From positions 16,497 to 80,496 of the forward strand of contig JAABTQ010000001.1 of NCBI GenBank assembly GCA_011389745.1: a stretch of DNA of 64,000 nt, given 5' to 3'. Below the pieces are notes generated by a model that made no database searches, was not told where the DNA came from, and saw only the letters and a program-made list of their open reading frames with translations. This DNA comes from Desulfobacteraceae bacterium. GTDB taxonomy: Bacteria > Desulfobacterota > Desulfobacteria > Desulfobacterales > SKZT01. Positions 49,232 to 57,904 of this stretch are shown in pieces; the first letter of the stretch is position 1; every line of letters begins with the position of its first letter. Both the position numbers and the translations under genes were made by a program.

Positions 49232-49283
49232 GTCGCATCAGTTTATTCATGCGTATACAAGTTTTTTTGAAAAAGACGAGAGC

Positions 49284-49457
49284 ATGAACTGGAGCGATGT
49301 TTTTGTGGTTGCGGATTTCGACAGAAAAGATTGCATCTGGCGCGTTCCCGTTGTGGAAATTCGTAGGTTGTTCCTGATGGCGGCAGGTGATTACCCGCAC
49401 GTAACCCGAATGGTGTTCAACGGAAAGAAGGGCGATTACGACATTGAGACGAACTGA
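49284..49457 (+). CDS. small hypothetical protein (57 aa)
   Basis: ATG-to-TGA ORF MNWSDVFVVADFDRKDCIWRVPVVEIRRLF..., ending 20 nt before the attC-like site. It is below the ORF-track length cutoff. Confidence 0.3.
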   Translation: MNWSDVFVVADFDRKDCIWRVPVVEIRRLFLMAAGDYPHVTRMVFNGKKGDYDIETN

Positions 49458-49476
49458 ATTGCGGTTGCGCAAGAAT

Positions 49477-49548
49477 GCCGAACAAAGCGCTCCAACCGAC
49501 CGCTCAACCGCTGCGCGGTCTCGCGTCGGCTGAGCGCTAGCGTTCGCC
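49477..49548 (+). other. attC-like integron recombination site (72 bp)
   Basis: The site reads GCCGAAC-aaagcgctccaaccgac...gtcggctgagcgct-agc-GTTCGCC. It is an imperfect palindrome with unpaired bases. The left end resembles the class-1 attC left arm (RYYYAAC...CAAGCCGAC), and the right end has a GTT core. Confidence 0.6.
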
Positions 49549-49569
49549 GGATTAAAAAGGTAAACTAAA

Positions 49570-49830
49570 ATGCCTGAGATCAGTAGGTTTTATGGTATAA
49601 TCATTGCTATGTTTTTCGATGATCACAACCCGCCGCATTTTCATGCACGGTATGGCGGGGAGAAGGTGGCAATAGAAATAGATTCACTTCGGATTCTGGA
49701 AGGTCATTTTTCGCCCCGTGCGTTAGGTCTTGTAATCGAATGGGCCGTTCAGCACAGGGATGAGCTTCGACAAAACTGGGAATTAGCGAAAATCAATCAG
49801 CCACCAAATAAAATTGAACCGTTGAAATAA
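49570..49830 (+). CDS. DUF4160 family protein
   Basis: MPEISRFYGIIIAMFFDDHNPPHFHARYG is the DUF4160 signature. Confidence 0.8.
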   Translation: MPEISRFYGIIIAMFFDDHNPPHFHARYGGEKVAIEIDSLRILEGHFSPRALGLVIEWAVQHRDELRQNWELAKINQPPNKIEPLK

Positions 49831-49842
49831 GGGAGGTGAGTC

Positions 49843-50154
49843 ATGCTAAGGGATGTAATCTCAGCAAATTATAAGGGCGAATATAAAATTGAAATAATAT
49901 TTGAGGATGGTGCCTCCGGGATTGTCGATTTCTCAAAATATTTACTTGAAGGCGGGGTATTTGATAAATTCAAGGATGTTGAATTTTTCAAGAACTTTAA
50001 AATTAATGAGGAACTCGGAGTACTGACCTGGGGAGATGAAATCGATATTGCACCGGAAACACTTTATTCTGAGGCAACGAACTCGCCTCTGCCTGAATGG
50101 ATGAATTCACAGCAAGGTTCGCTGGCGAACATGTCGCTTCAGCCGACCTCGTAA
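49843..50154 (+). CDS. DUF2442 family protein
   Basis: KIEIIFEDGASGIVDF...GVLTWGDEIDIAPETLY pattern of DUF2442. It is the usual partner of DUF4160. Confidence 0.8.
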   Translation: MLRDVISANYKGEYKIEIIFEDGASGIVDFSKYLLEGGVFDKFKDVEFFKNFKINEELGVLTWGDEIDIAPETLYSEATNSPLPEWMNSQQGSLANMSLQPTS

Positions 50155-50181
50155 ACTCGGCGGTTGAGCTTTTCGTTATGC
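50124..50181 (+). other. attC-like integron recombination site (58 bp)
   Basis: The site reads GGCGAAC-atgtcgcttcagccgacctcg-taaa-ctcggcggttgagc-ttttc-GTTATGC. It has the same architecture as 49477-49548 and overlaps the 3' end of the DUF2442 ORF. Confidence 0.55.
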
Positions 50182-50228
50182 GCTACTACTAAAGAAATGA
50201 TTCAGAATTTAGGAAAGGGAGTTCTACC

Positions 50229-50750
50229 ATGTTCATTGCTGAGCCGACACTGGATGTATTTCTCCGAGGGCTGGTCCTGACCTCACTTGCCATGGTCTGG
50301 GTTGTGATGCTTGTGCGCGTGAATGGGTTAAGGTCGTTTTCGAAAATGACGAATTTCGACTTTGTTATGACGGTGGCGGTGGGGTCTTTGCTTGCGGGCG
50401 CGAGCCAATCAACAAATTGGAATGCCTTCGCACAAACGCTTTCAGCCATGGCTACCTTGTTCCTCGTACAATATCTGTCCGCGCGGCTCCGCAAAGCTTC
50501 AAACACGTTCAAAACGCTTGTGCAAAACAGTCCAGTCGTGCTGATGCGCGACGGAGTGATAATCCACGAGGCGCTTACCAATACACGCGTCGCAAAAGAC
50601 GATCTGATCGCCAAGCTTCGCGAGGCAAACGTTCTTGACCTGTCTCAGGTTCGCGCGGTTATACTGGAAACGACTGGCGATGTTTCGGTGCTTCACGGGG
50701 ATGTGTGCTCAGAGGAATTGTTGCAGGGAACCAAGCGCATCGATCGGTAG
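50229..50750 (+). CDS. DUF421 (YetF-like) membrane protein
   Basis: Two to three N-terminal TM helices, then ...LVQNSPVVLMRDGVIIHEALTNTRVAKDDLIAKLREANV..., typical of YetF/DUF421. AAAGGGAG RBS. Confidence 0.7.
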   Translation: MFIAEPTLDVFLRGLVLTSLAMVWVVMLVRVNGLRSFSKMTNFDFVMTVAVGSLLAGASQSTNWNAFAQTLSAMATLFLVQYLSARLRKASNTFKTLVQNSPVVLMRDGVIIHEALTNTRVAKDDLIAKLREANVLDLSQVRAVILETTGDVSVLHGDVCSEELLQGTKRIDR

Positions 50751-51138
50751 ACAGCAAGTTCCGCCGATGTTCATTCTTCGTTCTTCCCTGCTTACCAGGC
50801 ACGTGCCCAAGCTGAAACAGACAACTTAATTGAGAGAGGCCGGCTACCAAGTCATATCCCAAATCAGCAAAAGACAATACGACATCTAACAATCTTGATA
50901 TCAACATCTCGGAAGGTGAATTCCGGTATTACCCGAAAGAAACAAATGAGTTTCTGAAACATCTGACTTCACATTCTGTTCAGGAACCGAAGATTTATCG
51001 TTGGAAAGTCTTCATAGCAAAACAGAAGATGGAAGGGTATAATGCCTTCGAATATACCGCTGAAGAAACAGGCTGGGTGTTTCTGGTAAATGCCGGCACA
51101 GGCCATGTCCGATAAAGGTAAGACCATAGGAGGAAATT

Positions 51139-52368
51139 ATGAAGCACAAAAAAACAAGGGCGAGGCACGTCATAGTTGCGGTCTTGTTGGTAGCAGCTTT
51201 TGTCGATTTCAACCTCGGCCGGTCAACCTCGGCGGAGGACAGCGAACTCCGGATAAACCCCACAGTGGTGATGTCGGGACTTAGCGACCCGTGGGATCTG
51301 GCGTTTGCGCCCGACGGAGCCATGCTGTTTACTGAAAAATGCCGTGGGCTGTCCGTGCGTACCTCTAACGGGACGGTCCGGCGTTTGTTCGGAACTGCCG
51401 GCGCCGCCCTGGAGGCGGACGACTTTTTCTGCCAGAGCCAAAGCGGCATGCTGGGCGTTGCGCTCGATCCGACGTTTGCCGAAAACCGTAGCGTATACGT
51501 CTATATGGCCTCAAATATGGGCAAGGCCAAAACCAACCGCGTCGTGCGCCTTACCGTTGATGAAGCCTACACCGCCGTTTCCAATCGTAAAGACATTGTC
51601 ACCGACATTGCGTTTAAACAATCCTCCAACCGATGGGGCGGCGCAGGTGCGCATAGCGGCGGCCGCATTCGCTTCAGCCCATTTGACGGTTACCTGTATG
51701 TCACCACCGGTGACAACCACAACGGGCCCCTTCCCCAGGACCTTTCCCGCCTGGGAGGCAAGATATTGCGGATCGACCGCAACGGCAAGGCCCCGAATGG
51801 CAACAATACACCGTCGGGAGGTGATCCTCGCATCTTTACCTATGGACATCGCAATGTGCAGGGCATTGCCTTTCACCCCGGCACCGGCCAACCGTTTGCC
51901 AGTGAACACGGCCCGGGCCATAATGATGAAGTTACGCCGCTTACAGCAGGAGGCAACGGCGGCTGGGACCCCGCACCCACAAAAGGGGTAACATGCCCGA
52001 GCGATTATTGCGGTTATACGTCCAATAAGCCCGACGGCTCACCGACGCCCATGACAGATCTATCCCGATTCCCCGACGCGCTCAAACCATCTTGGAACAA
52101 CCGCGGCGTTTCCGAAGGGATGGGGCCGTGTGTCTTTCTGGAAGGGTCACACTGGAAAGCCTGGGAGGGCCGTCTGGCGGTCGGATTTCTCCGTGGCGCG
52201 CGCATCGAGCTTTTGCAGATGGATGCGATCGGCATGACAACCAAAGCAACCACCGTCCCCGATCTGCCGGCGCAACGTATACGCTCTCTTGTTTTGGGTC
52301 CGGACGGCGCACTTTATGTCGCCACCGACGCCGGCGAAATCTGGCGACTCAAAAGCGCCGGAAAATAA
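51139..52368 (+). CDS. PQQ-dependent sugar (aldose/sorbosone) dehydrogenase, secreted
   Basis: Signal peptide, then beta-propeller motifs GMLGVALDP, TYGHRNVQGIAFHP and EHGPGHNDEV. Visibly G+C-rich. Confidence 0.8.
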   Translation: MKHKKTRARHVIVAVLLVAAFVDFNLGRSTSAEDSELRINPTVVMSGLSDPWDLAFAPDGAMLFTEKCRGLSVRTSNGTVRRLFGTAGAALEADDFFCQSQSGMLGVALDPTFAENRSVYVYMASNMGKAKTNRVVRLTVDEAYTAVSNRKDIVTDIAFKQSSNRWGGAGAHSGGRIRFSPFDGYLYVTTGDNHNGPLPQDLSRLGGKILRIDRNGKAPNGNNTPSGGDPRIFTYGHRNVQGIAFHPGTGQPFASEHGPGHNDEVTPLTAGGNGGWDPAPTKGVTCPSDYCGYTSNKPDGSPTPMTDLSRFPDALKPSWNNRGVSEGMGPCVFLEGSHWKAWEGRLAVGFLRGARIELLQMDAIGMTTKATTVPDLPAQRIRSLVLGPDGALYVATDAGEIWRLKSAGK

Positions 52369-52529
52369 GGAGAGAGTGACTACGAAGCCAACCCTTTTGA
52401 AGAAAGGAAAAAAGCTATCGAGGGTTGGAAAAATAATGCTATAATCGCCTATGCAAAGCATAGGGAACGCTGCGTCGCAACTAAAGGTGACGTGGATTGA
52501 GATTAACCTTTCAACAATGAGAGGCAGTC

Positions 52530-53429
52530 ATGCGGTGGAAAGACGGCAGACGAAGCAGTAATGTTGAAGACCGGAGGGGAATGTCCACTGGTCGGGTGGT
52601 TGGAAGCAGTATGGTATTCAGACTTCTTCCTATGTTGATCCGATCCAAGATAGGAAGATGGGTGCTGGTATTGGGCGTAGTCATTTTCTTTGGAGCCAAA
52701 ATGTTGGGTTTTGACCTGATGCCTTTGCTTACCGGCGGGCAGACCGGGCCAGGTACTATCCAGACCCAATCATTCTCTGCTGAAGAACAGGAACTGGCCG
52801 ATTTTGTTTCTGTTGTTCTGGCCGATACTGAAGAGACCTGGGAATCTGTATTTCACTCACTGGGACGGGATTATGAACACCCCGGACTAGTTCTGTTCAC
52901 GGACAGGGTCCAGTCAGCCTGTGGATCGGCCCACTCGGCCATGGGACCATTTTACTGCCCTGGTGACCGCAAAGTATATATCGATCTGTCATTTTATCAC
53001 GATCTGAAAAACCGTCATGGCGCTCCGGGGGATTTCGCGCAGGCATACGTTATTGCCCATGAGGTCGGCCACCATGTCCAGGCGTTGCTGGGAATATCCG
53101 GCAAGATACATGCTGCACGCAGCAAAGCTTCTGAAACAGAGGCCAACCAGTTGTCAGTCATGCAGGAATTACAGGCGGACTGTTTTGCCGGGCTCTGGGG
53201 TTATCACGCGCATACCAATCGACAATTGCTCGACTCCGGAGATTTTGAGGAAGCTCTTACAGCGGCCTCTGCGATCGGTGATGACCGTCTGCAAAGGCAA
53301 TCCCAGGGAACGGTTACCCCGGATAGTTTTACCCATGGCAGTTCAGCGCAACGAGTAAGGTGGTTCAAACGCGGCTTTGAATCAGGCAAAATCAGTGAAT
53401 GCGATACATTCAACACGGATTCACTTTGA
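52530..53429 (+). CDS. YpfJ-family neutral zinc metallopeptidase
   Basis: MRWKDGRRSSNVEDRRG start, one TM helix, HExxH (IAHEVGHHVQ). Confidence 0.8.
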   Translation: MRWKDGRRSSNVEDRRGMSTGRVVGSSMVFRLLPMLIRSKIGRWVLVLGVVIFFGAKMLGFDLMPLLTGGQTGPGTIQTQSFSAEEQELADFVSVVLADTEETWESVFHSLGRDYEHPGLVLFTDRVQSACGSAHSAMGPFYCPGDRKVYIDLSFYHDLKNRHGAPGDFAQAYVIAHEVGHHVQALLGISGKIHAARSKASETEANQLSVMQELQADCFAGLWGYHAHTNRQLLDSGDFEEALTAASAIGDDRLQRQSQGTVTPDSFTHGSSAQRVRWFKRGFESGKISECDTFNTDSL

Positions 53430-53490
53430 TAGATCCAATATGTAATGTTATGCCGCTAGCCTGTACAATTTATTCCACACAAAGCATTAA

Positions 53491-54255
53491 ATGACAGCAA
53501 TGTGGATTGAAACTGAAAACATACGAATCATTTTTGATACAGGGCAAGGAATTGCGTTAGAAAACAACGCCCTGACACTTGGCATCGACCCGGCCGAGGC
53601 CAATATTCTGGTTTTAAGCCATGGCCATTACGATCACACCGGCGGCATTATTCAAGTCCTTCAACAGGCACAGAAAACCGATGTTTATTGCAATCCGGGG
53701 ATTGTATACCCTCGTTATACCATTATCAATGGAACGGCGAAACCGATTCAAATACCTTCCGATTCCATGGAGGCAATTGAGAAATTGTCTGTGGAACATC
53801 TCCACTGGGTACAGCAACCGACTTGGGTGCCTGATAAGATCGGTATAACCGGTCCTATTCCCCGTATGATAAACTGGGAGGACCCGGGGGGACCGTTCTA
53901 TCTCGATCCGGAAGGAAAACGCGCTGACCCGATTGACGATGACCAGGCTCTTTGGGTCCGCACCAACGATGGATTTATTGTTTGTGTTGGCTGCTCCCAT
54001 GCGGGCTTGGTGAACACCTTAAACTACGTTCGGAGCATTAATCATGGATTCAGGCTTTGAGCCATTATTGGGGGCTTTCACTTGATCAACGCAGACCGTG
54101 AACGTCTGGAGAAGACCATGACCGCGTTGCATCTGTTTGAACCGGATATGGTAATTCCTTGCCATTGCACAGGTGAACTTGCTGTTGCGATGCTTCGGGA
54201 TACTTTGGGTGAACGTGTATCGCCGGCCTCTGCCGGGATGACATATTGCTTCTGA
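53491..54255 (+). pseudogene. MBL-fold hydrolase, N-terminally short and interrupted by an in-frame TGA
   Basis: SHGHYDHTGG motif. The frame reads ...SINHGFRL-TGA(54058-54060)-AIIGGFHLINADRERL...PCHCTGE... and continues in the same frame to the stop at 54253-54255. Confidence 0.65.
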
Positions 54256-54461
54256 GTCAGATCTTTCTATTTGAGGGAACGATGGCTTTTGCTGGTTTTG
54301 GTATACTTGGTATGGACCGCTTTGTATCAAATTAAAAGATCCCGTTGATAAAACTACCGGACCCCGGGTTCACCGGAATCCGGCTATGGCCGGTTGTTTA
54401 AAACAACCGTAACTTTTCGAGATGTTATAGGATGTAACATCTAGTGAATAGGGGATAATTT

Positions 54462-54776
54462 TTATTCAAGGTATTCCTTAACCTCGCAGGAAGGCCCTAG
54501 TCCAGTCAAAGTTACCACCTTTTTTATTTTTATCACCGCCTTGATCGGAGCCCCCTTTACCTTATACTCATCTTTAATATTTGGAATTTCGAAATATTCG
54601 TTCTGATCTGTTACCAGAACATAAAAAGTACCATCATTATCGATAATTTTCATTGTTCCGCTCACGGTCAGTTCCTGGCCCTCGGTATATTTAGGTTTTT
54701 CGGAACCGCCACAGGCCCCCAGATTGAGCAACATTCCCGCCATCAGAATCATCAATAAAATCCAACTTTTTTTCAT
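54462..54776 (-). CDS. small lipoprotein
   Basis: Signal peptide with lipobox LNLGAC. 104 aa. Confidence 0.5.
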   Translation of the reverse strand: MKKSWILLMILMAGMLLNLGACGGSEKPKYTEGQELTVSGTMKIIDNDGTFYVLVTDQNEYFEIPNIKDEYKVKGAPIKAVIKIKKVVTLTGLGPSCEVKEYLE

Positions 54777-54957
54777 ACCCTCTCCTTTTCATTCCTTAAT
54801 TGTCTACAGGTTTATTAAATTGCAATTTCAGCCATTTTTTTAGCAGATTAAAAAGATTCGATCGGGAATCAGAATATTCTGACTCTGCCAAAAACGATCT
54901 CATATACTGGAAGCAGTGGCAGGTTGTCAAGCGATTCAAATTTAACAAAAAGTATGA

Positions 54958-55200
54958 TACAATCGGATCAAAGCAAAAATTCTGATCTGCCACGGAGCTG
55001 AAGATGCCTTTATCTCCACGGATGAAATCAAGGCTTTCCATGATGCATCGCGGCTTGCCGAGGCGGACTGGCAGATGATTTATTTCGGAGGGGCGGTGCA
55101 TTCATTTACAAATCCTGCAGCGGACCAGGCAGGTCTTCAGGGAATAGCATATCATCGCAAAGCAGATGAACGTTCATGGAAATATATGCAGTTATTTTAA
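54958..55200 (+). pseudogene. dienelactone-hydrolase-family C-terminal fragment
   Basis: The stop-to-stop frame reads ...AKILICHGAEDAFISTDEIKAFH...WQMIYFGGAVHSFTNP...ADERSWKYMQLF*, the DLH C-terminal third including the catalytic His region. No N-terminal part and no start codon. Confidence 0.55.
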
Positions 55201-55277
55201 AGAAATTTTTTCCCGCTAAATTTGATTTTATTTAAGCGAATAGTCAAAGGTTGGGCACCAGGAATTTAAATTGTCAC

Positions 55278-55322
55278 TTGACACAAATGGCAAATTGTTA
55301 TTATATGATAATCATTATCATA
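55278..55322 (+). promoter_or_regulatory. sigma70-like promoter overlapped by a perfect Fur-box palindrome
   Basis: TTGACA at 55278-55283, and a -10-like ttatat about 17 nt downstream. The perfect 19-bp palindrome tatgataatcattatcata (55304-55322) contains the 7-1-7 Fur box TGATAATnATTATCA. Confidence 0.6.
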
Positions 55323-55360
55323 TAGGATATATTGTTAACAAATTATCAGGGTTTATATTT

Positions 55361-55807
55361 ATGGCGGATTTCGAAGAAAGGTTCCATTCGATTGTTGAAA
55401 AGCTCAAGGAGAACAATCATAAGATCACGCCGCAACGTTTGGCTGTAGCAAAAATTCTGGCTCTCAGCAAAGGGCACCCGAGCGTGGAAGAAATTTATGA
55501 GCAGCTTCAGAAAGATTTTCCAACGATGAGTCTGGCGACAGTGTATCGCAATGTCATCTTGATAAAATCGCTGGGGGAGGTGTTGGAATTGGGGTTTCCG
55601 GACGGCAGGAACCGCTATGACGGCAACAAGCCGTATTCACATCCTCACGTTGTATGCGTCAGGTGTAAAAAAATTTTGGATTGGGATTTTTCAAATCTGA
55701 AAGATATGGCCAAAAGAATTACCGATGAAACCGGCTTTAAGATTCTAAGCCACAGACTCGATTTTTTCGGTATATGCCAGGATTGTCTGGGAAAAAATGC
55801 CGTTTAA
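55361..55807 (+). CDS. Fur-family transcriptional regulator (PerR/Fur-like)
   Basis: ITPQRLAVAKIL winged-helix region and a structural Zn site CVRC...CQDC. It sits directly upstream of the catalase. ATG 55361 was chosen over the ORF-track start 55271, which overlaps the operator. Confidence 0.8.
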   Translation: MADFEERFHSIVEKLKENNHKITPQRLAVAKILALSKGHPSVEEIYEQLQKDFPTMSLATVYRNVILIKSLGEVLELGFPDGRNRYDGNKPYSHPHVVCVRCKKILDWDFSNLKDMAKRITDETGFKILSHRLDFFGICQDCLGKNAV

Positions 55808-55841
55808 TAGATAAATCTGATTTAAAAAAGGAGGTATTTGT

Positions 55842-57296
55842 ATGAAAGACAGCGAGCGAAAACCCACCACCAACGACGCCGGGAACCCCGTATCCAGCGA
55901 CGAGTTTTCCCTTACCGTGGGACCCGACGGCCCCATCCTGCTCCAAGACCACTACCTCATGGAGCAGATGGCCAATTTCAACCGGGAGATGATTCCGGAC
56001 CGCCAGCCCCATGCGAAGGGCTCTGGAGCCTTCGGACACTTCGAGGTGACCCGGGACGTCAGCGCCTACACTAAAGCGGTCTTGTTCCAACCGGACACAA
56101 AGACCGAGGTGCTTGCCCGTTTCTCCACGGTGGCCGGCGAGGCCGGCAGCCCCGACACCTGGCGGGACGTGCGCGGCTTTGCGCTCAAGTTCTACACCAC
56201 CGAGGGCAACTACGACATGGTGGGGAACAATACACCGGTGTTTTTCGTGCGCGATCCCATGAAGTTCCAGCACTTCATTCATACGCAGAAGCGCCGGGCA
56301 GACAACGGCCTGCGCGACCACGACATGCAGTGGGATTTCTGGTCTCTGTCTCCCGAAACGGCCCATCAGGTCACCATCCTGATGAGCGATCGTGGCGTCC
56401 CCAAGAGCTATCGGCATATGAACGGCTACACGAGCCATACCTACATGTGGGTCAATGCCAAAGGCGAGCACTTCTGGGTCAAGTACCACTTCAAGACCGA
56501 CCAGGGCATCGATTTCCTCACCCAGGAAGAGGCCGACCGGATTGCCGGCGAGGACGCCGACTACCACCGCCGGGACCTTTCCGATGCGATCAAGCGGGGG
56601 GACTATCCCAGCTGGACGCTCAAAGTGCAGATTATGCCCTTTAAAGAGGCCGAGAACTACCGGTTCAACCCGTTTGATCTGACCAAGGTCTGGCCCCACG
56701 GCGACTACCCGCCGCAGGAGGTCGGGCGGCTCACCCTGAACCGCAATCCAAGCGATTTTCACACCGAGATCGAGCAGGCAGCCTTCGAGCCGAACAGTTT
56801 CGTGCCCGGGATCGGCCCGAGCCCGGACAAGATGCTGCTGGCCCGTCTGCTTTCCTACGCCGATGCCCACCGGGCACGCCTGGGGGTCAACTACAAGCAG
56901 ATCCCGGTCAACCGGCCGAAGAGCCCGGTGCACAGCTACAGCAAGGGTGGTACGATGCGGATGGAAAACGTCTCCGATCCGGTCTACGCGCCCAACTCCA
57001 AGGGCGGCCCGAAGGCCGACCCTGAGCGGTATCCCGAGAATGCCATCTGGAGTGCCGGCGGCGAGTTCACCCGTGCGGCCTATACCAAGCGTAAAGACGA
57101 TGACGACTGGGGGCAGCCGGGCACCCTGGTGCGGGAGGTCATGGATGACTCCCAGCGCGACCGCCTGGTGTCCAACGTGGTCGGGCACCTGAAGAATAGC
57201 GTGTCCGAACCAGTGCTGGAGCGTGCGTTCGAATACTGGAGAAACATCGACGCGGAGATCGGCGATCGCATTGCCAAGAGCGTAAAAGGAGGCTGA
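55842..57296 (+). CDS. monofunctional heme catalase
   Basis: 484 aa. [38 protein letters not shown], and proximal Tyr region [14 protein letters not shown]. Confidence 0.95.
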   Translation: MKDSERKPTTNDAGNPVSSDEFSLTVGPDGPILLQDHYLMEQMANFNREMIPDRQPHAKGSGAFGHFEVTRDVSAYTKAVLFQPDTKTEVLARFSTVAGEAGSPDTWRDVRGFALKFYTTEGNYDMVGNNTPVFFVRDPMKFQHFIHTQKRRADNGLRDHDMQWDFWSLSPETAHQVTILMSDRGVPKSYRHMNGYTSHTYMWVNAKGEHFWVKYHFKTDQGIDFLTQEEADRIAGEDADYHRRDLSDAIKRGDYPSWTLKVQIMPFKEAENYRFNPFDLTKVWPHGDYPPQEVGRLTLNRNPSDFHTEIEQAAFEPNSFVPGIGPSPDKMLLARLLSYADAHRARLGVNYKQIPVNRPKSPVHSYSKGGTMRMENVSDPVYAPNSKGGPKADPERYPENAIWSAGGEFTRAAYTKRKDDDDWGQPGTLVREVMDDSQRDRLVSNVVGHLKNSVSEPVLERAFEYWRNIDAEIGDRIAKSVKGG

Positions 57297-57904
57297 TCTC
57301 AGCATACTTGTAAGAGATTTCAAGAAATAAAAGCCATCACCTAACACATCACACATAAGGGTTGATCTGACCGGATGATAAAAAGTATCAAATCGACACC
57401 GGTATTTGCCGGTCAGAATCAAACCCGGATTTAACCATCACTTCAGAGCCTTGCAAACCGATTTCTCATAAAAAATTTTGCCTTGATTTTTATTCAGAAT
57501 TATAATAAAAATATAGTTTATTGTTAAATCAATTTATAAGATGATTATTTTTTATAATGATGGGTGCAAAAGCGGTCTTATTCCGTTTTTTGTTGTCCGA
57601 TTGATAAGGGCGGAAAAATATCGATCAAAATGCGTCGAGTCAGGAAGGCAAATGACATTCGCCCGGTTAGGCAAAGTTTAATGCAAGAAGATGGCGAAAT
57701 AAGGACGACAGCTCTGGAAAAAACATGCGATTTTTTATTAACCTTAATGGCATCTTGCAATAATAGCGGCAGGGTGCCTTTTTTGTTTTAAAAGTTCGGA
57801 CTGATTCATTGAAAATAAACCGAAAATCATTTCGCCCTGCGGGTATTTTCGGATAGTCAGACTGAACCAACGTTAGCGGTATAGTAAGGGTGAAGGAGTA
57901 AAAA

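Noticed and set aside
51305-51991. 228-aa alternative-frame ORF, plus several antisense ORFs, inside the PQQ dehydrogenase gene
   Set aside because: They have the Pro/Ala/Arg/Thr-rich composition typical of off-frame translation of GC-rich genes. The dehydrogenase frame carries the family motifs.
54058-54060. In-frame TGA in the MBL gene read as selenocysteine
   Set aside because: I see no convincing stem-loop at the expected distance. The only hairpin is a weak 5-bp one about 30 nt downstream. The flanking residues (RL_AIIGG) are not a redox motif. It is kept only as a check within the broken-gene finding.
55737-57422. 561-aa minus-strand ORF covering the whole catalase gene
   Set aside because: It is antisense to an unmistakable catalase. 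The translated sequence is low-complexity (Gly/Arg/Val/Pro/His-rich), as expected for the shadow frame of G+C-rich coding DNA.
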